Source: Treponema sp. (GTDB lineage Bacteria > Spirochaetota > Spirochaetia > Treponematales > Breznakiellaceae). Taken from it: a DNA stretch of 55,036 nucleotides. The notes under the pieces were generated by a model. The model made no database searches and was not told where the DNA came from. It was given only the letters and a program-made list of their open reading frames with translations. Positions within the stretch are counted from its first letter, which is position 1; every line of letters starts with the position of its first letter. A program made the position numbers and the translations under genes. The DNA lies in the NCBI GenBank assembly GCA_031279635.1, contig JAITIC010000076.1, positions 1 through 55,036 on the forward strand. The letters are read 5' to 3'. Below are positions 17,751-28,005 of this stretch, one piece after another.

Positions 17751-19457
17751 TTAATCCTCCAAAAGCCAGGTTCTGATTAGCTGGGCGCAGTCGTCGGGAT
17801 GCTCCCTGGCCATATTGAGAACGGTCTCCATAAGCTCCATACGGGTCCGCTCTTCCACCGATATGGAAACGTCCACGCCTCCCTGCTCCGCTTCGGCAAT
17901 GGCGCTTTCCCGCAGCGCCTGTTCGCGCCGCGCGCGCTCTTCTTCGGCAAGCCTCCTGCGGCGTTCCATCTCGCGGGAGATCATCCTGAAAATTATGAAC
18001 CCAATTAACAGCAATGTCAAACCGGAGAGGAAAACTATCACGGTAGTCTGAATCTGTTTCCTTCTGAAATAGGCGGCGTCCTCTTCCTTGAACTGTTCGG
18101 TCCGGTCAAACTGAATGTTCTGCACGGTTACCGAATCCCCCCTGGCCGAGTTGTAGCCGACGGCGTTCTGGATCAGCGACTGGGCCGCCCTGAGTTGGTC
18201 AGGCGGAACCTCGCTGTATTCCCGCTCAATGGAGCCGTCCGGCAGGACCACCGGATTTCCCTTTTCATCGTATTTTATTTTCCATTTGCCGTCGATATTT
18301 ACCGAAACCGTTATCCGGTCAATTTGGGGACTCTTCTCTTCCTGGGTAACTTTGCGGTTTATTTCATCGTTCTGCGTATTGGTTTCCTGGGTCATCCTGC
18401 CGTAGAGGTTTGACATATCCTTGAAGGCCGGGGGGGTTTGGCCCTCGACGCCGGCGGGACCTTCGGGGTTATAGCCCGTCCCTTCCCATTTAGTGTCGGA
18501 TGTGGATTTTGAACGGGTGATGGACTCAACCAGTTTGGAATCGTCGTAAGCCAATCCGGGGGTCCGGGGTTTAATGGTAATGGGGAAAAATTCTTCGATG
18601 TCTACGGCCTTTTTGGACATATCCATATCGATCTTGATATTGAGGTCACGCACCCGGTCGGCCGAAAAGGTCGATTGCAGGGATGCCAGGACAAGCGCCC
18701 GGTATTTGGCCTCTTGGACCAGGATGAATTTATTTTCCCTTTCTATAAGGTCAAGTCTGTCCATGGCGGCCATGCCGCTAAAGTCGTTGAGAACTATCCC
18801 GCTCTGATCGGTGATCACGATGTTGTCGTCAATAAGGCCTTCAACGGCGAATTTGAGGGTTTTCTGAATGCCCTCAATCTTTTTGCGGTTTCCGATGATG
18901 TCGCTCCCCGGCTTGGGGGTGATGATCACGCTGGCCGTTACCGGGTTTTGGTCGGAACGGAAGAGTTCCCGCTCTGGCCACACGATGGTAACGTTGGCAT
19001 CGTCCACGTCGTCGATGGCCTTGATGTGATCGGTGATCATCCGGGTCTGCGCCCGGCGGAAATTCACATTCCGCTCGTAGTCGGTGATGGTCCAGCGCTC
19101 ACGGTCAAAGATCGCCCAGGGGTCTATCCCCGACGGAACAAGGTCTTCCCGTATGAGGATCGCCCTCATGCGCCGGGCGGTGGCCTCATCGGCCACCTGA
19201 ACCAGGTTGTTGGCCCCGACGGTGACTTTTACCTCTTCCTGATTGAGCCTGAGCACGATCCGGTCCAGGGCGGCCTCGTCCCTTATGGGAGCGTCGATAA
19301 CCGGCACCAGCGTCGGCGTGGAAGACACCCTGAACAGGGCGATAACGCCGCCGACAGCCGCGGCCACAATCGCGATAAAGATGATCCGTTGCACCATGGG
19401 CCACTTGCTCCACGCTTCGTTCATCCGGGTAAATATTTTTTTTAGAAAATCGTTCAT
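17751..19457 (-). CDS. fliF: Flagellar MS-ring protein FliF
   Basis: Two TM helices, PVTASVII, AVGYNSARGDSVTV, AQLIRTWL. Located between fliE and fliG. Confidence 0.93.
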   Translation of the reverse strand: MNDFLKKIFTRMNEAWSKWPMVQRIIFIAIVAAAVGGVIALFRVSSTPTLVPVIDAPIRDEAALDRIVLRLNQEEVKVTVGANNLVQVADEATARRMRAILIREDLVPSGIDPWAIFDRERWTITDYERNVNFRRAQTRMITDHIKAIDDVDDANVTIVWPERELFRSDQNPVTASVIITPKPGSDIIGNRKKIEGIQKTLKFAVEGLIDDNIVITDQSGIVLNDFSGMAAMDRLDLIERENKFILVQEAKYRALVLASLQSTFSADRVRDLNIKIDMDMSKKAVDIEEFFPITIKPRTPGLAYDDSKLVESITRSKSTSDTKWEGTGYNPEGPAGVEGQTPPAFKDMSNLYGRMTQETNTQNDEINRKVTQEEKSPQIDRITVSVNIDGKWKIKYDEKGNPVVLPDGSIEREYSEVPPDQLRAAQSLIQNAVGYNSARGDSVTVQNIQFDRTEQFKEEDAAYFRRKQIQTTVIVFLSGLTLLLIGFIIFRMISREMERRRRLAEEERARREQALRESAIAEAEQGGVDVSISVEERTRMELMETVLNMAREHPDDCAQLIRTWLLED

Positions 19458-19480
19458 TGCCCCCCCCTATGAGTCAGAAC

Positions 19481-19876
19481 TTATCTGGTATTTATCAAAT
19501 CTTTCCAACCCTGCACCAAACGGCTCAGTATGTTTCGCGTAATGTTAAGCGACATACTGGCTTCGGCCTGGGCGATGGTGATGTCGTGTACGTCCACCGA
19601 ATCGGGATTTATAATGGCCTCTCTTTGAAGAGCGCTGGCCGCCTGCTGGGACGCCGAAACTTTGTCCAGGGCCTGAAGCATTGCCTTTTCAAAAGTACCG
19701 GCTCCGGTTATTTCCTCCGCGCCGATCTTTTTTTCAAGCGAAAGGATCTTGTTCCCGCTGCCCGCGTAGGGACTGTCAGGCGGCCCTATATGTTTTGGAT
19801 GGGTACGGAGCATGGTAACCTGATAGTTCTCCACCCCGTTGACGCCGATATACGCGCCGTTACTAAAAATACGCAT
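19481..19876 (-). CDS. fliE: Flagellar hook-basal body protein FliE
   Basis: VDVHDITIAQAEASMSL C-terminal motif, plus position. Confidence 0.88.
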   Translation of the reverse strand: MRIFSNGAYIGVNGVENYQVTMLRTHPKHIGPPDSPYAGSGNKILSLEKKIGAEEITGAGTFEKAMLQALDKVSASQQAASALQREAIINPDSVDVHDITIAQAEASMSLNITRNILSRLVQGWKDLINTR

Positions 19877-19911
19877 TATTCCCTCCCCTTAATACCTTTG
19901 CCTTTAATTGC

Positions 19912-20373
19912 TCATCGTCCGCCGATGTCCAGCGCCCGCTGGAACATCGCCTTTGATCCTTCGATTATCGAAGCGTTCGCCTCGTAAGACCGGGTAGCGG
20001 AGATCATGTCCATCATCTCGGTTACTATGTCCACGTTGGACAGTTCCACATAACCCTGCCTCGGCCCTGATTTGATCGCGTCCGGATGGGTCGGGTCCCA
20101 GCGCAGGGGATTCTCGGCAGAGCGGTCCTCTTGAATCTCGGCGACCCGCACTCCCCTGCCGATTCCGTTGTCCATGGTTTCGGGCAGGAAGGGAGAACGC
20201 CAATAGGGGCTTTCCACCCTGGGCCGCATGATCACCCTGCTTCTCCTGAAAGGCCCGCCTTCGGCGGTTCTCGTAGTGTTGACATTGGCCATATTGTCGG
20301 CGATGACGTCCAGCCTGACCCGCTCGGCACTGAGGCCTGTAGCGGCGATGTTAATCGAACTGAAAATTCCCAT
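19912..20373 (-). CDS. flgC: Flagellar basal-body rod protein FlgC
   Basis: IADNMANVNTTRT, DPTHPDA, EMMDMISATRSYEAN. Confidence 0.95.
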   Translation of the reverse strand: MGIFSSINIAATGLSAERVRLDVIADNMANVNTTRTAEGGPFRRSRVIMRPRVESPYWRSPFLPETMDNGIGRGVRVAEIQEDRSAENPLRWDPTHPDAIKSGPRQGYVELSNVDIVTEMMDMISATRSYEANASIIEGSKAMFQRALDIGGR

Positions 20374-20376
20374 TTA

Positions 20377-20790
20377 CTAACCCCTCAATACCTGGTTAAT
20401 CTGGCTGAATTCAAAGGTCGCCGCCTGTGCCAGAATGCTGTAGGTTATCTGATTTTCGATGGCCAGCATGAATTCCTGCTCAGGGTCCACGTTGTTTCCG
20501 TTGTTGTTGTAGGTACTGGTATAATCCAGCACACGGCGAATCTGTACGTCCCGGTAATCCCGCTCTTTGAAATTGGGAATATGTTTGGGATTGGTGAGGG
20601 TCAGCTCCAAAGCGGGTTTTTGTTTTTCCGTATCTAAAGCCCGTTTTAGCTCACTCTCAAAATTCACTATTGAGCGCTTGAAATTGGGAACATTGGCGTT
20701 GGCTATGTTATTGGCGATAACCGAACGGCGTACCGCGTTGGCGTCCATGGCCCGGTGCAGCAAATCCACGGTTTTAGCGAACGTATTCAT
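20377..20790 (-). CDS. flgB: Flagellar basal-body rod protein FlgB
   Basis: IANNIANANVPNFK, NGNNVDPEQE. Confidence 0.94.
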   Translation of the reverse strand: MNTFAKTVDLLHRAMDANAVRRSVIANNIANANVPNFKRSIVNFESELKRALDTEKQKPALELTLTNPKHIPNFKERDYRDVQIRRVLDYTSTYNNNGNNVDPEQEFMLAIENQITYSILAQAATFEFSQINQVLRG

Positions 20791-20848
20791 CGGTAAACTT
20801 CCTCCCTTTTAAGCATCGGTAAAAATTCCCCTCCTCTTTACCAAGGTT

Positions 20849-20872
20849 CTTTCAAAACCGAAGTTTTGAAAG
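20849..20872 (-). repeat. D-type hairpin between hslU and flgB
   Basis: CTTTCAAAAC-CGAA-GTTTTGAAAG perfect stem. Reads c(UUCG)g on the transcribed strand; related to 40697-40726 and 49228-49257. Confidence 0.65.
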
Positions 20873-20881
20873 CGGCTCTAC

Positions 20882-22465
20882 CTACAAAATATAGCGGCCC
20901 AAATCCTGGTCGGTGACAATATCCGCCAGTTTTTCATTCACATAATCCACCGTGATGGGTATTTTCGCCGGGCTGATGTCGGGCGCCTCGAAAGAAAGTT
21001 CCTCAAGCAGGGTTTCCATGATGGTATGCAGCCTACGCGCGCCGATGTTTTCAAGCCGGGAATTGACCTCCGCGGCCAGGGCGGCGAGGCGGTCAATGGC
21101 TTCGGGGCTAAAGTCGATTTCGACGCCCTCGGTGGAAAGGAGGCCGATGTACTGCCTGGTAAGGGCATTCTTCGGCTCGGTGAGGATACGCAGAAAATCG
21201 TCTTTGCCCAGGGAGTCCAGTTCCACCCGCAGGGGAAAACGGCCCTGAAGCTCAGGGATAAGGTCCGAGGGCTTGCTTACGTTAAAGGCCCCTGCGGCGA
21301 TGAAGAGGATATGGTCGGTGTTGACCGGCCCCCACTTGGTGTTCACCGTGGCGCCTTCCACGATGGGGAGGATGTCCCGCTGGACGCCCTCGCGGGAAAC
21401 GTCCGGGCCGCCCCTATCGCCTTTGACGGCGATTTTGTCAATCTCGTCAATGAAGATAATGCCGGTTTCTTCCACCCGCTGCCGGGCCTCGTCGATGACC
21501 CGGTCCCGGTCAACGAGTTTTTCCGCTTCTTCCGCTTTAAGAATCTCCTTGGCCCGCTGTACGCTGACTACTTTCTTTTTCTTTCCGCCGCCGCCGAAAA
21601 ATCCGGCAATTCCGGAAAGACTTGACTCCAGGTCTTCCATGTTGGCCCCCATCATCTCAATGGTAGGAAACTGGGGATTCTGGTTTACCATGAGTTCCAC
21701 GGTCCGGTTGTCCAGCTTGCCCTCACGAAGCATGGCCCTGAATTTTTCCCTGGTAGCGTTGAATTGGGCCCTATCGGTTTCGGCGTCGCCGTTATTCGCG
21801 GAAGGCTCGGTTTCCTCGGTTTCCGCGTTCTCATTGCCATGATTATCCTGTTTCTCCCCCTGGTTATCCGCCTTCCGGTTAAAGAACGCCGGAATCCCCA
21901 CCTGTATGGCGGTTCCGATAAGTCCCGGCGATCCCCCGTTGTCGGGGTTGATCGAAAAGGTCCCCATGGGCCGTACCACCGGCCCCTGTTTGGGTTTTTG
22001 TCCCTTTTGCTTTTTGCCTGTAAAGGGAAGAAGCAGATCCAGCAGGGCTTCCTCGGCCCGCCTCTCCGCCTCGGCGGTAACAGATTCCTGCATTTCCTGT
22101 TTTACCATCTGGAAACCGGCGGCCATGAGATCGCGGATCATGGATTCCACATCGCGGCCCACATAGCCCACCTCGGTGTACTTGGTGGCCTCCACCTTGA
22201 GAAAAGGGGAACCGGCGAGCCTTGCAAGCCGCCGGGCGATTTCGGTTTTTCCGACGCCGGTCGGGCCTATCATGAGGATATTCTTAGGCGCGATGTCTTC
22301 CCGCAGATCCGGCTCAAGTTTGAGCCGTCTGATACGGTTGCGCAGAGCCACCGCCACCGCCCGCTTGGCCTTTTTCTGGCCCACGATGTATTTGTCAAGC
22401 TCCGCCACAATTTCCCTCGGAGTAAGCCGGTCCAGGGACGTGTCTTTTATTATTTTTTCGTTCAT
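20882..22465 (-). CDS. hslU: ATP-dependent protease ATPase subunit HslU
   Basis: PKNILMIGPTGVGKTEIARR, GYVGRDVES, FIDEIDK, ENIGARRL. Confidence 0.96.
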   Translation of the reverse strand: MNEKIIKDTSLDRLTPREIVAELDKYIVGQKKAKRAVAVALRNRIRRLKLEPDLREDIAPKNILMIGPTGVGKTEIARRLARLAGSPFLKVEATKYTEVGYVGRDVESMIRDLMAAGFQMVKQEMQESVTAEAERRAEEALLDLLLPFTGKKQKGQKPKQGPVVRPMGTFSINPDNGGSPGLIGTAIQVGIPAFFNRKADNQGEKQDNHGNENAETEETEPSANNGDAETDRAQFNATREKFRAMLREGKLDNRTVELMVNQNPQFPTIEMMGANMEDLESSLSGIAGFFGGGGKKKKVVSVQRAKEILKAEEAEKLVDRDRVIDEARQRVEETGIIFIDEIDKIAVKGDRGGPDVSREGVQRDILPIVEGATVNTKWGPVNTDHILFIAAGAFNVSKPSDLIPELQGRFPLRVELDSLGKDDFLRILTEPKNALTRQYIGLLSTEGVEIDFSPEAIDRLAALAAEVNSRLENIGARRLHTIMETLLEELSFEAPDISPAKIPITVDYVNEKLADIVTDQDLGRYIL

Positions 22466-23013
22466 CAGCCTAATTCCTCCAGGGTTAAGTGCATATTGGT
22501 ATAGATACAGATGTTACCCGCAATTTTTAAACTCTTCTCGGCGATTTCGGCGGCGGAAAAATCGCTCCCCTCAAGAAAGGCCAGGGCGGCGGCGTAGGCG
22601 TAATTGCCTCCGGAACCGATGGCCAGGGCGTCTTCGGCGGGTTCAATCACGTCGCCGGTACCCGAAATGAGGAGGGTCTTGGAAATGTCCGCCACGAGAA
22701 GCAGGGCCTCAAGCCGCCGCAGGGTACGGTCCATGCGCCAGTCCTTGGCAAGCTCCACCGCCGCCCGGAGCAGGTCTCCCGAATATTCCTTGAGTTTCAC
22801 CTCAAAGCGGTCAAAAAGGGTAAAGGCGTCGGCGGTAGCGCCGGCGAAACCGCAGAGCACTTTGCCGTCCATGAGCCGGCGGACCTTGCGGGCGTTGTTC
22901 TTCATCACCGTTTCGCCCATGGTAACCTGTCCGTCACCCGCCATTGCTACCTTGCCGTTCTTCCGTATGGCGATAACCGTTGTGCTCCTGAATCGTGTTT
23001 TTTCGTCTGTCAT
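22465..23013 (-). CDS. hslV: ATP-dependent protease subunit HslV
   Basis: [35 protein letters not shown]. Confidence 0.96.
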   Translation of the reverse strand: MTDEKTRFRSTTVIAIRKNGKVAMAGDGQVTMGETVMKNNARKVRRLMDGKVLCGFAGATADAFTLFDRFEVKLKEYSGDLLRAAVELAKDWRMDRTLRRLEALLLVADISKTLLISGTGDVIEPAEDALAIGSGGNYAYAAALAFLEGSDFSAAEIAEKSLKIAGNICIYTNMHLTLEELG

Positions 23014-23019
23014 TATTGA

Positions 23020-23997
23020 TCACTCCTCGCCGCTTTTTGCCACCGCCGATCCGGCGTGCGGATGCGCTTTTGCGTACACTTTCTTTAAGCCTTCGATGCT
23101 CACGTGCGTATAGCGCTGGGTGGTGGAAAGGCTTGAATGGCCCAACATCTCCTGCACTATCCGCACATCGCAGCCGGAATTAACCAGGTGGGTGGCGAAA
23201 CTGTGGCGCAGGCTGTGGGGATGGATGTTCTTCCCCAGGCCGGAACGTTCCGCGTAACGGGCGATAATCCAGCGCACGCCGGGCACCGAAATGGGCCGCC
23301 CCCTCCGGCTGATAAAGAGCGGCCCGCCGGGACCGGCGCTTTTAAGGCCGGCCATTCTGATCCGCGCCGCCCGTTCCGGCAGATATTCGATCAGGGCGGC
23401 CTTTCCCTCGTCTGAAAAAAACACATAACGCTCCTTGCCGCCCTTGCCGATGATCCGCGCCCCTTCCAGGCTGCCCGTTACCTTTTCCATGGTAAGCGAG
23501 ACAAGCTCGGAAATCCTCAAGCCCGCCGAATACATCGTCATGATCAGGGCCTTGTCCCTCGCCGGCCAGAGTATCCCCGCGGTGTTGGGCAGCTCCGCGA
23601 AGCCGGCCATTTCCTCCTCCCAGAGAACCGAGGGCAAATTTTGCGGGGTCTTTACGTTCCGCAGGCTGCCACAGGGGTTGTCGCCCCGCTTGCCGAAGCG
23701 GAGCATCCAGCGGTAAAAGCCCCGTATTGAGGAAAGGGAGCGGTTCACGCTGGCCGGGGCGATCCGCTCCGCGTGGAGGTCGGCGATAAAATTCTGCACG
23801 TCGTAAGCCCCGGCCGTTTCAGGCTCAATCCCCCGGTTGCCGCAGTAATTCGCAAAGCGGAACAGATCGTTCCTGTAAGCCTCGGCGGTTCGTCCGGCGA
23901 CTCCCCGTACCGCCTGCAAATAAGAGAGGTATTCCCGCACCAGAGGGGAACCGGTCAAAGACCCGGCGCTCCCCGCGGTTTGCCGCGCTTCACGCAT
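23020..23997 (-). CDS. xerC: Tyrosine recombinase, XerC-like
   Basis: GLRISE, GKGGKER, HSLRHSFATH, LGHSSLSTTQRYTH. Upstream of hslV; C/D assignment is tentative. Confidence 0.8.
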   Translation of the reverse strand: MREARQTAGSAGSLTGSPLVREYLSYLQAVRGVAGRTAEAYRNDLFRFANYCGNRGIEPETAGAYDVQNFIADLHAERIAPASVNRSLSSIRGFYRWMLRFGKRGDNPCGSLRNVKTPQNLPSVLWEEEMAGFAELPNTAGILWPARDKALIMTMYSAGLRISELVSLTMEKVTGSLEGARIIGKGGKERYVFFSDEGKAALIEYLPERAARIRMAGLKSAGPGGPLFISRRGRPISVPGVRWIIARYAERSGLGKNIHPHSLRHSFATHLVNSGCDVRIVQEMLGHSSLSTTQRYTHVSIEGLKKVYAKAHPHAGSAVAKSGEE

Positions 23998-24000
23998 TTT

Positions 24001-26208
24001 CTATTCCCCGCCTTCTTCCACCGGCGGCTTCCCCTCTTCCTCATCATCCGCGCTGTGGAGATAATCGCAGGCGGGGTTGATACAGGCCTTGTGGGAGCCG
24101 TTTTTTTTGTCGTATTTTTCCACCATGAACTGGCCGCACTTGGGACAGCTCTGCTTGATGGGCTTGAAGTGGCTGATAAAATCACAGTCGGGGTAATTGG
24201 CGCAGCCGTAGAATTCCTTGCCTCTGCCCCTGGTCTTGCGGGATATCACGTCGCCGCCGCATTTGGGACACTTGGCAAGGGGTATGGATTTGGCATTCCG
24301 GCATTCGGGAAAACCGGTGCAGGCAAGAAAAAAGCCGAAACGGCCCAGCTTTTTTACCATAGGTTTGCCGCATTTTTCGCAGACATAATCGGTCGGCTCA
24401 TCCAGTGATCCCTTGAAAGATTCGATGGTCTTGCCGACCTCATCAACCGTTGTTTTGAACGGGTCCCAGAATTCCCGGATCATGTCCGGCCAGCGGATAT
24501 GGTTTTCCTCCACCTCGTCAAGTTTGTTTTCCATGGCGGCGGTAAAACCCGCGTCCACATAATGGGAAAAATATTCCACCAGCATGTCGTTTATCAGTTT
24601 TCCCAGAATGGTCGGGACAAGCTGCTTGTTTGATCGCGTAACGTAGTAACGGTCCAGCAGAACCGAAATTATCGGCGCGTAAGTGGAAGGGCGGCCTATG
24701 CCCTTTTCTTCCAGGGTGCGTATAATGGTAGCGTCAGTAAAACGGGCCGGCCCCTGGGTAAAATGCTGTTCGGGGTGAAATTTCTCAAACTTAACTTTGT
24801 CACCGGTTTTAAGCGTCGGATAGGGATTGCCCTTTTCCTCTTTTGAGGAGAGGAGCTTAATCACCTTGTAAAAGCCTTTCTCGAACAGCCTGGTTCCGCT
24901 AACGCGGAAGACCCCCTCTTTTTTCCCCGCGGCAACTGTTATGTCCACACTGACGGTGCGGGTTTTGGCGTTGTTCATCTGACTGGACACAAAACGCTCC
25001 CAAATAATCGTATACAGGCGCAGTTGATCCTTGCTCAAATATTTTTTTATCGAGTCCGGAGTATAGCTGACATACGTGGGCCTTATCGCCTCGTGGGCAT
25101 CCTGGGCCTTTTTCCCCACGGCATACTCCACCGCTTTTTCAGGAAAGTCGGAGGGAAAGTTTTTCCCGAGCCATTCCCGCACCTCGTCCAGGGCCGTCTG
25201 GGAGACACGTACCGAATCGGTACGCATATACGTGATAAGCCCCACCCTGGTTGTGCCGATGCTCACCCCCTCGTAGAGCTGCTGGGCCACCTGCATGGCC
25301 TTCCGCGAGGTGAAACCCAGGCGGTTCGCCGCGGCCTGCTGCAATAAGGAAGTGGTAAAAGGCGGCTTGGGTCTGACGGTTTTGTCGGTCTCCCGCACCT
25401 CGGAGACCACGCAGTCGGCGTTTTTTATTTTGGCGATAATGGCATTGACCGCGGCCTCGTTTTTCAGTTCCGGCTTGGCGTTTTGCCACGACACCAGTTG
25501 GGCGGTATAGGGCGATTTACCCACCTTGAAATCCGCCTCAAGAGTCCAGTACTCCTCAGGGATAAAGCTTTCCACTTCTTTTTCCCTTTCGCAAATAAGC
25601 CTTAAAGCTACCGACTGTACCCGCCCGGCGGAAAGGCCGTTTTTCACTTTTTTCCACAGGAGGGGCGAAAGGTTGTAACCGACCAGCCGGTCCAGAACCC
25701 GGCGGGCTTTTTGCGCGTCCACCAGGGACTCGTCAATGGTACGGGGAGACGCCACCGCGTCTTTAATCGCCTGGGGGGTTATTTCGTTAAAACTGATCCG
25801 CTGAATGGGAACCCGCTCCGACTTGGCCGAAATGGCGTTTTTAAGATGCCAGGCGATAGCCTCGCCCTCGCGGTCATTATCACTTGCCAGCAGTACCATG
25901 TCCGCTTTTTTCGCGTCAGAGCGGAGTTCCTTAAGGATATTTGCCCTGCCCCGCACAGTGATATATTCAGGTTCAAAGTTGTTTTCAGTATCAATGGCAA
26001 GCCGCGATTTGGGAAGATCGATAAGATGCCCCATTGACGCTTTGACACTGTAATCCGGGCCCAGATATTTTTCGATGGTCGCCGCCTTGGTAGGCGATTC
26101 CACGATAACGAGGATTCGTTTTTCCGGCTCTTTTTTAGACGCCTTCTTTTTGGGGGCGGCTTTTTTTTCGATTTTTTTTGGCGGCTTTTTTGCCGTCTTT
26201 ACTGCCAT
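24001..26208 (-). CDS. topA: DNA topoisomerase I
   Basis: IVESP, DNDREGE, SAGRVQS, ITYMRTDS, GIGRPSTY, C-terminal zinc ribbons. Confidence 0.97.
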   Translation of the reverse strand: MAVKTAKKPPKKIEKKAAPKKKASKKEPEKRILVIVESPTKAATIEKYLGPDYSVKASMGHLIDLPKSRLAIDTENNFEPEYITVRGRANILKELRSDAKKADMVLLASDNDREGEAIAWHLKNAISAKSERVPIQRISFNEITPQAIKDAVASPRTIDESLVDAQKARRVLDRLVGYNLSPLLWKKVKNGLSAGRVQSVALRLICEREKEVESFIPEEYWTLEADFKVGKSPYTAQLVSWQNAKPELKNEAAVNAIIAKIKNADCVVSEVRETDKTVRPKPPFTTSLLQQAAANRLGFTSRKAMQVAQQLYEGVSIGTTRVGLITYMRTDSVRVSQTALDEVREWLGKNFPSDFPEKAVEYAVGKKAQDAHEAIRPTYVSYTPDSIKKYLSKDQLRLYTIIWERFVSSQMNNAKTRTVSVDITVAAGKKEGVFRVSGTRLFEKGFYKVIKLLSSKEEKGNPYPTLKTGDKVKFEKFHPEQHFTQGPARFTDATIIRTLEEKGIGRPSTYAPIISVLLDRYYVTRSNKQLVPTILGKLINDMLVEYFSHYVDAGFTAAMENKLDEVEENHIRWPDMIREFWDPFKTTVDEVGKTIESFKGSLDEPTDYVCEKCGKPMVKKLGRFGFFLACTGFPECRNAKSIPLAKCPKCGGDVISRKTRGRGKEFYGCANYPDCDFISHFKPIKQSCPKCGQFMVEKYDKKNGSHKACINPACDYLHSADDEEEGKPPVEEGGE

Positions 26209-26216
26209 ACTTTCTC

Positions 26217-27245
26217 CTATAAGTCAATATCCAGGAACCGCGCCAAATCGGCGGCTAAGGCCCGCCCCCCGCCACATTCCGGCAGGACATCCCGCAATTC
26301 ACTATCCGCTGTTGAAAGCGCCGCATTTTCAATCTCTTCAATCCGCCAGTTCCATTCCCGCAAAATATCCGCGGCGGAGCCGATGATCCCCGCCCCGTCC
26401 TCGGCAAGTTTTGCCGTACCTCTTCTGTCGTATAAAGCCTGTTTCCTCCGCGCTGCATAACCCGCGGCTTCCGCGCCGGCAGATGCGACCCAGAGATCTT
26501 TGCCCTGATCCAGGGACTGCCTTGCGGTGATCAAAGCGCCGGAACGTTCGGGAGCCTCAACAACGAGGACGCCCCACGCCAGTGCGGAAATCAGCCGGTT
26601 CCTTGCGGGAAAAGTCCACTTCCTTGCCCCCGCGCCCGGAGGATATTCGGAAAGCAGGCCCCCGCCGTTATCCAAAATCCGTTTTGCCAAAGGCCGGTTT
26701 GCCGAGGGGTAGACCTCGTCCACACCGGAACCAAGAACCGCGAAAGTAGGCGCGCCTCCCTCAAGGTTACCCCAACTTGCCATGGCGTCAATCCCCAGGG
26801 CAAGGCCGGAAACAACGGAAATGCCCCGCCGCCCCAGATCCCTGGCTATATCGTAAGCCTGGGCCGCGGCCTGGGGACTGGGCCGCCTTGTTCCAACAAT
26901 ACCCACAAGGCGCTTTTCCGGATCGGGGAGGTTTCCCCGGAAAAACAAAACCGGCGGCGGATCATAAATCTCCCGTAGCAGAGGCGGATAGGCCGGGGAA
27001 GCCCAGGACACCCAGCCAATCCGGCGCAGCTTTGCCATTTTCGCGTCACGCTCCGCCACAGGGCAAAAACCGGCGGGGTTCCAGGGCTCTTTCAGCTTAC
27101 GGGCGATAATCCGTTCTATAGATTCAGCGGAACTTTGGATCAGATCCGTTTCCCGGTTAAACGATTCGCAGAGAAGAATCCGCTCCGGGTAAGAGAAGCC
27201 GGGAAGCCGGGCTATGATCATATCCAAAAGTCCCCGTTCATCCAT
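26217..27245 (-). CDS. dprA: DNA-processing protein DprA/Smf
   Basis: YPPLLREIYDPPPVLF, IVGTR, VSGLALGIDA, FPARNRLIS, SGALITA. Confidence 0.93.
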   Translation of the reverse strand: MDERGLLDMIIARLPGFSYPERILLCESFNRETDLIQSSAESIERIIARKLKEPWNPAGFCPVAERDAKMAKLRRIGWVSWASPAYPPLLREIYDPPPVLFFRGNLPDPEKRLVGIVGTRRPSPQAAAQAYDIARDLGRRGISVVSGLALGIDAMASWGNLEGGAPTFAVLGSGVDEVYPSANRPLAKRILDNGGGLLSEYPPGAGARKWTFPARNRLISALAWGVLVVEAPERSGALITARQSLDQGKDLWVASAGAEAAGYAARRKQALYDRRGTAKLAEDGAGIIGSAADILREWNWRIEEIENAALSTADSELRDVLPECGGGRALAADLARFLDIDL

Positions 27246-27987
27246 ACATCTGTCCCCTGACAATTTCCTTGTTGTTCTGGGCTTCCGTCTTCACCTTGGG
27301 ATCTTTGCTGCGGGCAATGATCCGGTCGTAGAGTTCTATCGCGCTGTCGTAATCTTCGGTCATGTAGCAGGCGCGGGCCAGGACAAACATCGCCTGCACG
27401 TCACTCGAAATAATTTCCAGATAACGGGTGAGATGGGGAATCGCCTCGGCCGGGCGGTCCAGCTCAAAAGTATAGAGCACCCCCAGCCCGTAGCGGGGTT
27501 TGGGGTAATCGGGATCAAGCTCTATAGCCCGTAAGTAGGCGTTTTCCGAAAGGGTAAAAAAGTGTTCCCGTTCCGTTTCTGCGTTTCCCGAAAAGCCGAT
27601 AGAGGATTTTGCCGCCACTCCCGAAGAAACCCCGGTAAGGTAATACAGGGTGGGGTCTTCGGCGTTGAAACGCAAGGCATGTTCAAGGGCGTCAAGTGCG
27701 TCGCGGTGCATGCCCCGTTCGGCGAGCCTTGTGGCGAGGATTTTCCAGTAGACTCCGGTCTGCGCCCCTTCCTTTATGTTAAGTTCTATCTGCGTCTCGT
27801 AAAGGGCGATGGCTTTCCGCAGGCCCTCAATAGTTTCGGGCGGACCGCCCCTGGGACTCAGCTCCGCTATCCGCTTTGCCAGGTCCTGATGGACTTTGCC
27901 TTTCTCATAACGGTAGACTACCGTTATCAAAATTCCTACCGCGAGAACAATGAGAATACCCAGAATAATTTCTTTTACTTTCTTCAT
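27238..27987 (-). CDS. Membrane-anchored tetratricopeptide-repeat protein
   Basis: N-terminal TM helix and several TPR-like units (AYLRAIELDPDY...YGLGVLY). Confidence 0.8.
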   Translation of the reverse strand: MKKVKEIILGILIVLAVGILITVVYRYEKGKVHQDLAKRIAELSPRGGPPETIEGLRKAIALYETQIELNIKEGAQTGVYWKILATRLAERGMHRDALDALEHALRFNAEDPTLYYLTGVSSGVAAKSSIGFSGNAETEREHFFTLSENAYLRAIELDPDYPKPRYGLGVLYTFELDRPAEAIPHLTRYLEIISSDVQAMFVLARACYMTEDYDSAIELYDRIIARSKDPKVKTEAQNNKEIVRGQMYG

Positions 27988-28005
27988 TACCCACGTTCCT
28001 CTTTC

